Source: Octopus sinensis
Lineage: Eukaryota
DNA length: 64,000 bases
Assembly: GCF_006345805.1 (NCBI RefSeq)
Contig: NC_042998.1
Span: forward strand, 3,782,001 to 3,846,000
Direction of reading: 5' to 3'
Shown here: piece after piece, positions 50,901-61,549 of the stretch
Position numbering within the stretch: position 1 is the stretch's first letter
How the letters are laid out: every line of letters begins with the position of its first letter
The notes under the pieces: model-generated
What the model saw: only the letters and a program-made list of their open reading frames with translations
Told to the model about the DNA's origin: nothing
Databases searched by the model: none
Program-made: the position numbers and the translations under genes

Positions 50901-53262
50901 TATCAGACTCAGAGGGTGAGCAGATCTTATGGGCACAACTCCTTCTCTCTAACCAAACTGATAAGAAATAAATGTTTTTACAAGATATGAATGTCTTAAA
51001 ATAAAAATCTTATAAGAGGATGCAAGACATTTTATTTCTTTTTCAGAATCTCTGTTTCATTGTTTTTAAGGTGCGTGCATGCGTGCGTGTGTGTGTGTGT
51101 GTGATCCTCATCATTTAATATTCACTTACCATGTTGGCATGGGTTAGATGGTTTGACTGGAATTGATAAGCCAGAGAACTGCACCAGGTTCCAGTCTGGT
51201 GTGGCATGGCTTCTATGGCTGAATGGCCCCATGTCAACAATTTCATGGGGCCATTTCCATGACACTGGCAGCAGGCATGACTATAATTTCACATGGTTTG
51301 ACAAGTCTTCTCAAGCACAGCTTATCTCCAAAGGTCTTGGTCTCTTGTCATCGCCACTGTGAGGCCCAATATTCAAAGATCATGCTACTAGCAATGGTCA
51401 CAACTATGATCTCATGGGTGCCATTTACATGACATTGGTAACAACCATGTTGTGTGCATACATACATATATATGTATATTATATAGTTACATATATAGGT
51501 GTAGGAGTGGCTGTGTGGTAAGTAGCTACCTTACAAACCACATGGTTTCGGGTTCAGTCCCACTGCGTGGCACCTTGGGCAATTGTCTTCTACTATAGCC
51601 TCGGGCCAACCAAAGCCTTGTGAGTGGATTTGGTAGACAGAAACTGAAAGAAGCCCATTGTATATATGTATATCTGTATATGTATGTGTGTGCATATGTT
51701 TGTGTGTCTGTATTTGTCCCCCCAACATCGCTTGACAACCGTTGCTGGTGAGTTTGCATCCCCATAACTTAGCAGTTCGGCAAAAGAGACTGATAGAATA
51801 AGTACTAGGCTTACAAAGAATAAGTCCTGGGTTCGATTTGCTCCAGCATGGCCACAGTCAAATGACTGAAGCGAGCATATATGCATGCGTGTGTTTGTGT
51901 GCTTGTTTGTATTTATGAATGTGCATGTGTTCATATGTGTATGCACAGTTGTATTTATCAATGTGTATGTATCTATGTATTTATGTTTCTGTGTACTTAA
52001 GTGTGCAGGCATATCTTTATATATAAAAGTGAGGTTGTGTGTCTGTCTGTCTCCTACGATTTAGATTCCTAACTACTCCCACATTTTGTGGTGCAGTTTA
52101 ACCAAAACTGGGTATCTTATAGTCGTGATTCATATTGAGCCCTTCTGGATATTAGCACGCGTCTATGATGAGTCTACGATTTAAAAAAAATTTACCATAA
52201 ATTTTTCCCATTTTTAATGCATTTTTGGCATATATAAGGGAAGTAACTCTCTAAAAATTTATTATTAAATCTCAGAATGTAAAAAGCTAGAGTAACCCCC
52301 CCCCCCTTTGTGGTTAACCATATTGAGATGGCTATTATACTTTACATCTCTAAAAATGCTTATATAGTTATTTCCCTTACAAACCCGAGCAACGCCGGGC
52401 GATACTGCTAGTATAAGTATACATTTCTATGTAGAGACATGCGCATTATGACAAAAGTTTCATAAATGTTTAAATTAATTACGTTTTAATAAAACATGTC
52501 ATACACCCACTTGTCTTTACCTTTCAATGTGCCTAATGTTATCGTATCACATCACATATCACATCACATCATATAATACAAATATGGGTTTATAATTTCA
52601 ACTGGACAAAACACTCTCCATTACTTGCTCCTTCCCAACAATTTAAACGCTTCTTGCTTTATTTATGATTTGAGAGGAATATATCTGATGACAGACAGTG
52701 CTAATGGAAGGCAGACATATCCTAAACAAAGATTTCCTCTTCACTTTTCTCAATTACAACCATGTTTCATGGTGTCAGTATGAACACTGATAAATGCAAG
52801 ACTTATAAATTCAATACAATTGATAGTCGCAGAGTGACAACTCCATTACCATTTTCGTTTCAAACTTCCTTTTCAGTCATTATTTTCTCTAGTTTTTTCA
52901 CTTACTCCGCTCCATTTCATTCTTTTTACTTCTTCTAAACTGATTTTTCCATACATTTTATACAATACTGTTTGTCTTCATTTCTTACTTATTTTATTTG
53001 TATTTGTGTAATTATTCAATTATCTAATTTCTGTTTTTGCGTACGAGCTACATTGAATTACTTAATTCAGGAACATATTCTGAGATTACAAACAGGATAA
53101 CGATCATCTTATAAATCTTGTAACGAACAACTGAAATTATGTTCTTCGTATTTATAATTTACTTATTTCTCTGTCTACTATCTCTACAACAAATTTCTGG
53201 CTTCAGTATGAATATATATATATATATATATATATGCATTCATACATACATACACGAGTGTG

Positions 53263-53293
<31 letters not shown>

Positions 53294-56200
53294 TTAGTAA
53301 TGATGTGAGTGTATCAAATTACAAATACATTTATTAACAAAAAACTCCAACACAGTACCGTTTCAGAAGTGATAGATATGTGCATATTCATATATTCTCA
53401 CAGTGAGATTAAATATACATTTATTAAACTTATTGGATAGGATTTCATACATGGTTATAGGTGATGACATGGATGTATGGTTACAAAGTTTCCTGTGTCA
53501 CCATATGATTCTGGGATTGGTTCTACAGAGTGTGGCACCTTTGGAATGTGCATTCTAGGAGAGATCTTTGGGTTGGCCAATGCCTTGTAAGTGAAATTCA
53601 CTGCGGATAGAAACTGAGAAGAAGCCAGACATATATATATGTGTGTGTGTGTTTGTATGCATATATATATATAAATAAAAAGGGGATTGTATGATTGTGT
53701 ATTGAGGGATATATATTATTCAAAGGAATTCCAACTCTGTCTGTTTTTTATGTGTTATTTATATTCTTTATAATATTAATGTAGTATATAGAATATATAG
53801 TATATATAGTAAAATGAAATGAGTATTGATTGTCTTATTGAATAGATGAAATATTGAATATCAAATATTAAGGGACTAGTATACTTTCTTGCATTTAAGC
53901 AGTCTTCAAGGTCCCAGGTTGTGACAGGAATGTTTCAACTGTGGAATGTTTCAACATTATATATATATATACATATATATATATATGTAATGTGCATGTG
54001 TATGAGTGTCTCTTTTCTGTGTCCTCATTGACACAGCTGAGCAAAAAATAATTACTATTTGTTGATATTTTCCTGTAAACAAAAGTGTGGAAATTTCAGT
54101 AGTTTAATAATTTTTGGTGAATGAGGACCAGAATAATAGAAATACCCAACTCAGGGAACAGGTAAGGCCTGATAAAAGAAAGAAAACATCAGGTTTGATT
54201 CAAGAAAATCTGCCTTAAGAAGTTTTGTCTAACTCATAACAGCATGGAGAAACAAACAGAAATGATGCTGGTGATAATGTCAATGACGATGATGATGATA
54301 ATAATGATGATGATATAGTTGTAGCGCAGTGGCATTAATGCTTTAGCTAATAAACTCCATCTGTCATTATGTTTGAGTTTGTGTCTATGTGTTGGTGTAT
54401 ATGTATACAAAGCCATATAGCTTAGTGGTTGAGGTGTTGGAGTAACAGTTGTAATGTCATGCATTTTGTTCCTAGACTGAGTGGCACATTGTGCCATTCA
54501 GCATGATACATCACTTACTGTTTTTACCAATCGGGGTTCTGGTGAAAATTCCAAGAGGCGTCTGATCGGCAACCGGCAGCTTCGAGGTCGTTCTGTCCCT
54601 GTGTCTGTGGAGACTCTGCGGCAAACAGGGCGTCCTGTCACTTGGGATATGCATGCAGGATTTTGGCGACCACTTGTGAATTCAATATTCCCACAAAACT
54701 TCTATGAATCCTATGAATGGCTCGCTATCTCCAGTAACCTCACACAGAACCATCAAGTGTGGGCCGCCATGGTTTGTGATGCCGTCAGGACCAGAGAAGA
54801 AGCTGGTTCAACCCAACTTGGGTGAATGCCATCACAAGTACAAGTACAATCTGCTCGGCTTAAATGAATATTAGCTGTAAGTAACAGTTAACTTGCAGTG
54901 GACTGACATCCTATACAAAGGAGTAGTCTATATTCTTAGTAGGAAATTGAGATAAGATTCGGTTTAATGAGCCTATAAATTTTAGTCAGACTTTTTAACA
55001 TTTGTGTGTGTAAATATATTCATGTATATGTAAATGAGTTTATGTATATATTTGCATTAGTATGAATGAACGTGTAATGTTTAGTCAGGAATATGCTAAG
55101 CATCTTAGTATTTTCTATTATCATAAACGTAAGAACATCTTATATTAATGTATATCATTCACACTCAGAAACAAATGTTTACATACTTATACAAACACAT
55201 GAATCTATTTATTTGCTTATCTTTCTATTTATTTATCTAGTTATCTATTTATTTCTGTCTATCTACAAGTCTATCTCACAGTCAGTCTGCCTGTCTATTT
55301 AAATAGCCTGCCACCATATAAGTGTAAAATTAGGTACATATACATATATACATTCATATGTAACTCTATATAAGTAGAAAATAATGCACAAAATAATTTG
55401 CATGCTAGTGTCTACAAACACGTTTATTTTTAGACATGGAACTGAGCTGTGGTTGGGGGAGAAACCCCGCCCACCAAAATAGAAATTCTCCAATTAGCAT
55501 TACATTCATGATTAAGGTGTAAAAATTCCAACTGTTCAATAAGTTAAAAAAAAACTGAAGTAAAAAATCTAAGACAATTTTCTGAAATTATGTTCTTATA
55601 AATTGTTCAAACCCAGAGACATAATTTTACATATATCCTAAATTTAGAAGATTTTCTCTCAAATTTGTCATTAAAAATATGATCCTTTTATATCTGCATG
55701 TGCAATAGACAGGACAGCAAAAATGTGTTTAGTGTATCCATGACTTCAGGGTTCAATGTAACCTTCCTTTTTAAAGAAAATAAGTGAATTTTGAGAGAAA
55801 CCTGGCTACTGTTTTAGTAATTCAAGTGGCCACATTGAAGGTCCCATTTTGGTTTATCCCTGTATATGAAGAACAACTAAACATCTCATAAGCTCTGTAA
55901 TGATTTTTTTTCTGGGATATTAGCTTTGCATCATTTTTATGATATGAAGTAGATGAATGACAAGTCGTCCACATCGCTAGATTCTAGAGCAAAGCAGATA
56001 GCAAACCCGAACCATTTGCTACATACTCAAGAAACAAGATAAAGAAAGACACTGAGCATATGTACTGCACTTAGGAAGACAGAACTTCTTTCATGGATTT
56101 GATCTCAGCACTTACAGCATATCAACTACGACTAGCTTTTGAGTTTCATAATCTAAACTCCTATACTAAATCTGACTACCATCAGCTTCATAATAGCTAC

Positions 56201-58662
56201 CACTGTATTGATGTCCTTTCATTCATGCTGTCATTGGTAGCATTTATATGATAGAACATCTCTAAATGTTTCAATTCAGTGCAATTTTATGTGTGAAGCC
56301 TGACAAATGCAGGTTTCATAGAAACTACATCTTGCCAAGTCTTCAGTATTTCATCTTTACCTGAAGGCTGTGATGTCACCATTGTCAACTGTTAAAGTCT
56401 TTCCACTTTTGTATCAACTATTTACATTATAGGTTCTAACAGCACAGTTTTCTTTCTGAATATAGCAATTAAATTTTCTTACATGGTGCTGCTAACCTGG
56501 CTTTTACTTTTTTTCTAATTATGCATTCAAGCATTCTCTAAAATGAAACTTATGTTATTCTTGTATGTTAACAGTAGTTTTGTTTGTGTGTGGTGTGTAA
56601 CATATTCATACACACATATATCATAAGTGTGTAGGATATAATTTATTTCTGGAGAGGGGAACCAGTCGATTAGATCGACCCCAGGATGCAACTGGTACTT
56701 AATTTATCGACCCTGAAAGGCTGAAAGGCAGAGTTGACCTTGGTGGAATTTGAACTCAGAATATAAAGACAGACGAAATCCCACTAACCATTTCGCCCAT
56801 CATGCCAATGTTTCTGCCAGCTCACCTTTATTGTCGTATAATGCAATCTCCATGATGCTGTACCAATCATTTCATGATTTTTACCTCATATTTATATATT
56901 TGTGTTATTCACTCTTTAAGTGCACACTCAATGAACAACTACAAGTAGAGAAGAATTAGTGAGGACATCTCTTTTCTTGTGGGCACAAATTTTGAGAAAT
57001 GGGAGTAAGCTCATGTCGGCACCAAAGGTGTTTATCTCCTCTTAAGTATTGATACACACACACACATGCAATATATTTATACACATACTCACTAATATGA
57101 CAAATGAGAATATATTAAATACCATACAATATAAGTTATTCATTTCTATATTTAAGAGATGAGGAATTATGTACATTATTTACATTATTTACATTTGATG
57201 GATATTTGTCCTCATCTTGTTTGTTGTTAACACAACATTTCGGATGATATACCCTCCAGCCTTCATCAGGTGCCTTAATCACTATGCCATATGCCCATGG
57301 ACATATAGTATAGTGATTAAGAGCACAGCTAATCCCAAGATTCTGAGTTCAATTCCAAGCAACGACCTGAATAATAGTAATAATAATATTAATAATAATA
57401 ATAATAATAATCACGTCATCACGTGACCGACCAGACTATCAGATGTTGTTAGACATCGCTGGTCACAATGCGTTCGCACTGTTTTAGCCTTCGAATGACG
57501 CCACCCCGCTGGCTAAGTGAGCTGGCCAACAGAAGAAAGAGTGGTGAAAGAGTACAGCAGGGATCACCACCCCCTGCCGGAGCCTCGTGGAGCTCTTTAG
57601 GTGTTTTCGCACAATAAACACTTACAATGCCCGGTCTGGGAATCGAAACTGCGATCCTGCGACCGCGAGTCCGCTGCCCTAACCACTAGGCCATTGCGCC
57701 TCCACAATAATAATAATAATATTAATAATATCGAAAAATACCTTAGGAATGAGAACCCAGGTTTGAAATTTCTCCAAGACACCTGATAAAGGCTGAAGGG
57801 TATATCAGCCAAAACATTGTGTTAACAACAAACAAGATGAAGACAAATATCTGTCAAATATAAATAATGTAAATAATATAAATTATTGTTTTATTAAAAT
57901 CATTTCTGCTTCCAAAGGAGGTAGAACTGATATGACTGTTAAAGTTTTTGCTGTTTTCTTTTTATGTCTGGATACCCTTCTTATCCTGAATCCCTTTGGA
58001 ACATGGAGTGGGTGCTTTTTACTCTGTCATTTGCATTTGTTATCCGACGGGACTGAAGTGTTTCTATTGCCCTGTATCAGGCTTTACTCAGAGCTGCTAC
58101 TCTCCAAGATGGATTGCTTTTACTATGGCTGTACAGAAATTTAATTCTGAATTACTGGTCTTTTAAGCATATTACCTTCACTGTGGGATGCAGCGGTCCA
58201 CACCTCACCCTTGCACTTCACAAAGCACTGCTCTCCAGTATGGTTGTTACTGAATCCATCTTCCTATCTGATCCTCATTCTCTATTTCTCTCTCTCTCTA
58301 CATGAATGTGTGAATGTAATATATGTATGTGTGGGCATTGGGTGGGTGGAGATAAGTGTATTTGAATATATCATTTTATTTTATTTTATTTCAACTATTT
58401 ATTTCATGAGCTGTGGCCATGCTGGGGTACCGCCATGCATAATTATAAATCAATTTGACTTCAAGATTTTATATTTTCAAAAAAGTGTATTTTGTTTTTT
58501 AACCTTCTTAGTGCACCAAAACTTGTGGAACTGGTGACCAGATTCGTCTGGTGAAATGCCTTGATATTGCATCCCGTCAGCCGACTGAAGATTGTGACCC
58601 AGCTACAAAACCAATCATACGCAGGAAATGTCAGATCCAACACTGTCCAAAGAAGAAACATC
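12100..58662 (+). CDS. ADAMTS7: Partial multi-exon gene: ADAMTS7/12-like secreted metalloprotease, C-terminal ancillary region (TSP1 x3 - mucin-like spacer - TSP1 x3); 5' exons and last exon outside window
   Basis: Six exons with AG/GT boundaries total 1781 nt and splice in frame. Each junction rebuilds a W-x4-W-x2/3-C TSP1 motif. The first exon ([41 protein letters not shown]) closely resembles, from recall, a TSP1 repeat of vertebrate ADAMTS7/12, the subfamily with a mucin spacer among its TSP1 repeats. The symbol is approximate: probably a co-ortholog of ADAMTS7 and ADAMTS12. Confidence 0.8.
14224..14667 (-). mobile_element. SINE family A
   Basis: Full-length match with an expanded internal (TA)n. 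Confidence 0.85.
14933..15082 (+). CDS. ADAMTS7: ADAMTS7/12-like exon: divergent TSP1 repeat B ([16 protein letters not shown]...HWSVSEWSL)
   Basis: Acceptor tttgtataatttcag|, donor TTG|gtaggt. 150 nt open, phase 0-0, Cys/Trp pattern fits TSP1. Too short for the ORF track. Confidence 0.9.
15617..16537 (+). CDS. ADAMTS7: ADAMTS7/12-like exon: TSP1 repeat C plus Thr/Ser/Pro-rich mucin-like spacer (307 aa)
   Basis: Acceptor ttttattctcag|TGT, donor CTT|gtaagt. 921 nt, phase 0-0. Starts [16 protein letters not shown] and ends QWTFRKWTL. Lies within ORF 15557..16828. Confidence 0.93.
15848..15960 (+). repeat. Coding (ACA)n/(ACG) trinucleotide repeat encoding poly-Thr
   Basis: Long ACA runs in frame within the mucin exon. 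Confidence 0.9.
16651..16830 (-). mobile_element. RTE-like LINE 3' end with (GAT)n tail
   Basis: Minus strand reads [43 protein letters not shown] then gatgatgatg. Confidence 0.7.
17020..17536 (-). mobile_element. 5'-truncated CR1-clade LINE (post-RT C-terminus) with (ATT)n tail
   Basis: ORF 17090..17545: [15 protein letters not shown]...[12 protein letters not shown]...TRGHAYKV...[14 protein letters not shown], a typical CR1 C-terminus. Confidence 0.92.
17545..17935 (-). mobile_element. Diverged SINE family A
   Basis: Recognisable tail, body and head with many substitutions. Confidence 0.7.
18168..19245 (-). mobile_element. 5'-truncated RTE-clade LINE
   Basis: ORF 18837..19238 [11 protein letters not shown]...[11 protein letters not shown]...[13 protein letters not shown], then a 3' UTR with about 60-nt subrepeats and a (GAT)n tail. 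Confidence 0.92.
19281..20260 (-). repeat. 320-bp tandem repeat (about 3 units, near-identical) whose last about 95 bp are inverted; probable Penelope-like terminal repeats
   Basis: Units start at 19281, 19601 and 19921. 20163-20260 is the reverse complement of the unit end. Flanked on both sides by (TA)n. Confidence 0.9.
21945..22200 (+). mobile_element. RTE LINE 3' end
   Basis: Subrepeats, then the cccactacactc...ggaaaacggacgttaaacgatgatgatg terminus. Confidence 0.85.
23014..23431 (+). mobile_element. tRNA-headed SINE family C (Meta/MESC-like central domain), with internal duplication
   Basis: ggcgaactggcagaa...gagttcaaattcc head, then gtcgactttgcctttcatcctttcggggtcgataaa-aagtacc, then a gggcaataaagaaata-type tail. 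The body is repeated twice. The domain name is from recall. Confidence 0.75.
24880..25341 (+). mobile_element. RTE LINE 3' UTR/end
   Basis: Same terminal block and (GAT)n tail as the other RTE copies. Confidence 0.8.
26022..26301. repeat. Fold-back inverted repeat, about 132-bp arms, 16-nt loop
   Basis: 26022-26153 pairs with 26170-26301. Confidence 0.95.
26955..27292 (+). mobile_element. CR1/L2-group LINE 3' end
   Basis: Reads [20 protein letters not shown]...[17 protein letters not shown], followed by a gcggtgc..cagcatggccacag tail. Confidence 0.75.
27720..27915. repeat. (TA)n/(TG)n compound microsatellite
   Basis: Direct reading. Confidence 0.95.
28448..28636 (+). CDS. ADAMTS7: ADAMTS7/12-like exon: divergent TSP1 repeat D ([21 protein letters not shown]...EWMTASWTK)
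   Basis: Acceptor atttcag|TGT, donor AAG|gtaaga. 189 nt open, phase 0-0, not in the ORF track frame. Confidence 0.9.
29460..29700 (+). mobile_element. Tc1/mariner transposase 3' remnant with probable right TIR
   Basis: With one frameshift it reads [15 protein letters not shown], like Tc1/mariner C-termini. Ends aaactgcacccagTA. Confidence 0.5.
30683..31398 (+). mobile_element. RTE LINE 3' UTR (30840-31398) preceded by a fold-back copy of its 5' junction (hairpin 30683-30921)
   Basis: 30683-30794 pairs with 30804-30921. The right arm continues into RTE subrepeats and a (GAT)n tail. Confidence 0.88.
31680..32230 (+). mobile_element. Chimera: tRNA-derived SINE family B head (31680-31797) fused to an RTE-like LINE 3' end with three C2H2-type fingers and an (ATA)n tail
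   Basis: The head matches 38059-38357. Then [41 protein letters not shown] and [21 protein letters not shown] follow in one frame. Confidence 0.75.
32959..33345 (+). mobile_element. SINE family A, full length
   Basis: ggcgcaggagtggttgtgtggtaag (A box)...ggttcagtccc (B box)...ggcggtgctccagcatggccacagtcaaatgactgaaacaagtaaaagagtaaagag. Confidence 0.9.
33940..34180 (-). mobile_element. SINE family C
   Basis: Reverse complement of the family-C consensus. Confidence 0.8.
34498..35090. repeat. About 590-bp (CA)n/(CACG)n compound microsatellite
   Basis: Direct reading. Source of the H/T and C/V ORFs. Confidence 0.97.
35187..35571 (-). mobile_element. SINE family A
   Basis: Match to the family, head slightly truncated. 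Confidence 0.85.
36303..36830 (-). mobile_element. RTE LINE 3' end
   Basis: (CAT)n then the reverse complement of the RTE terminal block and subrepeats. Confidence 0.85.
37596..37754. repeat. Perfect fold-back, 70-bp arms, 19-nt loop
   Basis: 37596-37665 is the exact reverse complement of 37685-37754 as far as I can read. Confidence 0.95.
37755..38357 (-). mobile_element. Two tandem tRNA-derived SINEs, family B (37755-38034 and 38059-38357)
   Basis: The minus strand starts gtggaggcgcaatggcccagtggttagggcagcagactcgcggtcgtaggatcgcggtttcaattcccagacc (A/B boxes, cloverleaf-like). Confidence 0.9.
38445..38554. mobile_element. Mariner-type MITE
   Basis: TIRs gaggggtgtatgaaaagt / acttttcatacacccctcgTA. 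Confidence 0.75.
39389..40720. repeat. Large interrupted inverted duplication (about 400-bp arms, 161-bp spacer, 332-bp insertion in the left arm)
   Basis: 39389-39599 pairs with 40476-40686, and 39932-40129 pairs with 40291-40477. Confidence 0.92.
39600..39931. mobile_element. Unclassified dispersed repeat; second copy at about 41578-41790
   Basis: gacgtgttgggcccccccacttttggagg...gtcacatgacactgtctcaactttaa is shared with 41578-41790. Flanked by TA. Confidence 0.65.
42377..42745 (+). mobile_element. SINE family A, 5' truncated
   Basis: Match to the family. Confidence 0.85.
43265..43674 (-). mobile_element. SINE family A, full length, tail-to-tail with a + strand remnant at about 43060-43260
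   Basis: Match to the family. Confidence 0.88.
44400..44630 (+). mobile_element. SINE family C, 80 bp upstream of exon 44711
   Basis: Near-consensus copy. Confidence 0.85.
44711..44860 (+). CDS. ADAMTS7: ADAMTS7/12-like exon: TSP1 repeat E ([16 protein letters not shown]...MWITGYWSK)
   Basis: Acceptor tatatttcag|TGT, donor AAG|gtatat. 150 nt, phase 0-0. Lies in ORF 44615..44908. Confidence 0.93.
44932..45520 (+). mobile_element. Clustered/duplicated SINE family C copies
   Basis: The body repeats three times with gtagtaaagaaata tails. Confidence 0.8.
45855..46080 (-). mobile_element. SINE family C (inverted relative to the copies at 44400 and 44932)
   Basis: Reverse-complement match of the head and central domain. 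Confidence 0.8.
46749..47055 (+). mobile_element. tRNA-derived SINE with a family-B-like head, a different body and a poly(A) tail
   Basis: gtggaggcacatagcctagtggttagagcag...acacctaagct...ggctccggcag, then cctgcgatggactggtgtcctgtccagg, ending in A-rich sequence. Confidence 0.75.
49975..50345 (-). mobile_element. RTE (BovB-like) LINE 3' end with a C-terminal zinc finger
   Basis: ORF 50014..50334 ...[11 protein letters not shown]...[23 protein letters not shown], with a (GAT)n tail. Confidence 0.88.
50550..50774. mobile_element. Mariner-type MITE
   Basis: TIRs TAtga.gggggtgctgaaaagttcctg / caggaacttttcagcacctactcaTA. Confidence 0.8.
51496..51870 (+). mobile_element. SINE family A
   Basis: Match to the family. 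Confidence 0.85.
52014..52411 (+). mobile_element. Non-autonomous Helitron
   Basis: A|TCTTTATATATAAAAG...CCCGagcaacgCCGGG hairpin-cgatactg-CTAG|T. Has 5' TC, a 3' hairpin and CTAG, an AT target and no TSD. Confidence 0.88.
54490..54850 (+). mobile_element. RTE-like LINE 3' end with (CAAGTA)n tail
   Basis: Reads ...[23 protein letters not shown]...* then cacaagtacaagtacaa. Confidence 0.6.
57165..57880. mobile_element. Inverted pair of PLE-like termini with hammerhead-like motifs (57165-57273 minus, 57779-57880 plus) enclosing a family-B SINE (57418-57705 minus)
   Basis: The minus copy reads cac-CTGATGA-a-ggctg.gagggtatat.catcc-GAAA-tgtt-gtg. The plus copy reads cac-CTGATAA-a-ggctg.aagggtatat.cagcc-AAAA-catt-gtg. 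Confidence 0.7.
58512..58662 (+). CDS. ADAMTS7: ADAMTS7/12-like exon: TSP1 repeat F ([16 protein letters not shown]...[11 protein letters not shown])
   Basis: Acceptor aaccttcttag|TGC, donor C|gtaagt. 151 nt, phase 0 to phase 1. Overlaps ORF 58551..58889. Confidence 0.92.
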
Positions 58663-60369
58663 GTAAGTACACATCATATATTTCCATTTTTTTATTCTCT
58701 CATTGTGCTTTTCTTTCTTCACTGAAAAATAATTATATAATTGTGTGTGTGCATGTGTGTGTGTGTCTGTATGTATGTGTGAGTAAGAGAGTACATACAT
58801 ATGGATATATTATGTATAATTTATATACAATGTATATATTTAACATTATATATATATTATGTGCTATATGCCTTTTAATGATTTTATGAGTGAAATGATA
58901 ATATAAAAATACAAGAGCTTCAGAAGTTATTGATGTTATTCCTGAAATCAAACAACCAAGCAGTCTACATTTGCTCAGATGGTCACTCAGTCTAATACCA
59001 TGTGGCATTTGCATGTTTTTAGCAGAATCAACCCAGTTCCAAGCATTCGGATCATGTCCAGTCTACACAACCTCAAAGATGCATTTTACCTTATTTTTTC
59101 AAATCAGTCTTAAGAGGCCTTACAAAAGGCTCTTTCTTCCTTTAATTACATCATAAAAGAAAAGCATCTGTTCTATTTTGAGTAATTTGTCTGAGAACTG
59201 CTTCCAATACTAAAAAAAATAAAACCAATTTTGTCACCATAATTGATACAAGAACCAAAAGAAGCAAAAATAGTAGAAAATGTCTGTATTCGTACTAATA
59301 TGAGGAAATGGATATAAAAACCATGAAAGAAAAAGCATAAATATTACAATGTGTGTGAAAATGTGATTCAATATTAAAAATTATGTATTGATTATTGAAT
59401 TCCAGTAGAATTGTAAATTCTTTGCGCATGATTATTGATATTTTGTAGACAAAGCTTACTGATGCTTCCACACTAAATGTGTAACGATGCTATCATTTAA
59501 TATCCTTAAAATTTATTTTTATCTGAATCTTAATAGACTTAGAAATGTATAGATAGTATTGAAAAGCGGTACTATCTTTCTAGCATACTAGATTGCTCCA
59601 GTTATCTCTTAATGGTTAAAATACTATTTAATTTCTAGTATATGCTTAATTATTTTCAATCTGTTGAATCAGAATTATTTTCAATGGCACTGAAATTGAA
59701 ATAAGTTCTTAATTAAGCATGTAAAAAAAAAAGAAGAAAAATAGACTATATTTTTCATCTTTAAAATGAAAAATATACTCTATTTCTTTCGCTCCAATAT
59801 ATTATGATGTCAGAAGAAATATTGTTAATGGTTAGCACTTGTATTAATGATATTTAGACTTATGGGTTGGTGAAGTTTTATGTTTACAAACACAGTAAAA
59901 AGTACTCAATATATAAAGTAGAGTTTTTATATATTTGATGCAAACTGGAACTTCTTGAGTGTCTATGCTGAGTTTCACCCTGCCAATTATTCAAACCGCT
60001 TAAGCAAGTAAGTAGTTTGGCAATATATAAACAAAGGTGTAGGTAAACACATTTGACATTGATATTTGATTGATTGCCAAAAAACAAAAAAACCAAAATA
60101 AATCAAGTCATCTGTTCTATTTGTATACACAGAACACATGGTACATTCATCTATTTGTCTGTAAAAACACATATTTTCATGCATTTGATATTATAACATG
60201 CACAAAAGTAAAGGGTTAGCTATTGTTTAGTACAAAGGAAAAATTGTAAGTTTTGTTTGTTTCAGTGTATAATTATCATTTGGGGTATGACAAATTTAAT
60301 ATAATAACAAAAAAAAAAAAGAAAGTTTAACCAGCTGGTATTTGGAAACCCTTCCACAAATATCAATGA

Positions 60370-60790
60370 TTAGCGGCTAACTGGCTTCCGTGCCGGTGGC
60401 ACGTAAAAGGCACCATTCAAGCGTGATTGTTGCCAGCGTCACCTCACTGGCACCTGTGCAGGTGGCATGTGTAAAAAGATTCGAGCAAGGTTGTTGCCAA
60501 TACAATACCGCCTGACTGGCCCCTGTGCGAGTGGCATGTAAAATACACCATTTGAGTGTGGCTGTTGCCAGTAATGCCTGACTGGCCCCTGTGCGAGTGG
60601 CATGTAAAAAGCACCCACTACACTCTCTGAGTGGTTGGCATTAGGAAGGGCATCCAGCTGTAGAAACTCTGCCAGATCAAGATTGGAGCCTGGTGCAGCC
60701 ATCTGGTTTGCCAGCCCTCAGTCAAATCGTCCAACCTATGCTAGCATGGAAAGCGGACTTTAAACGATGATGATGATGATGATGATGATG
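60370..60790 (+). mobile_element. RTE LINE 3' end
   Basis: Subrepeats, terminal block and (GAT)n. Confidence 0.85.
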
Positions 60791-61549
60791 TGCCAATTCT
60801 AATATTTAGTTCAAAAGTGCAAATTACTGTCATGTGTTATACTTCTGTAAGGGACAAAAATCACATTTTGTAGAATCATTAATGTAAGGAGATTCATGTT
60901 CCATAATGAAGCAACAGAATTTATATTTGCTAATGTTATCATTACTTAAATTCCATATATATATGTTTGGACCGTGAAGTAGTAAGATGGCTTCTTGAGT
61001 GTCTGAAAGTAAATGTGATAGAATTTTTAAGAGCGACGGCATGTTTAATGATACAGTGCCATTAATGCTGGAATGTTTTCAAGCTATTTATTTCGCTTCT
61101 TTGCAGATTTATTTATATATATTTGATGTTTGAAGAAAATTCTCATTATGACCTTTAAAAGTATTGTATGGTTCTCACTAAAGATTTCACTCCATTTAAT
61201 TTTATGCTGGTGGCTATTTTTTCTTACTTGTAAACTAATAAGGAGTAATAGAGTTGGTTCCCTCATAGGTATTTTGTGTATTGCTGGAAAGGCGTCTGTT
61301 GAATACCATTTACCATTTTCTTCCATATCTTGGTTGTATCTAAAGAAATAAGTATTTGTTTGGTGTTTTTAGATTTTATTAAATTTTCATGTAGTATATT
61401 TTGAAAGTTGCTGATTGATTTTTTAAAAAAATGTTTTTGTCATACTGAAAACATAAACTTCAAATGATTCTAGTTATTTATACTGTGGAAGAAATCATCA
61501 GTATTTGAGGCTGACCTTATTTTCCTGTATTCATTTCATTTAAAGAACA

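Noticed and set aside
57932-58144. FGTWSGC motif as an extra TSP1 exon
   Set aside because: There is no suitable splice acceptor or donor and no downstream CG/R-x-R/C pattern, so the similarity looks fortuitous.
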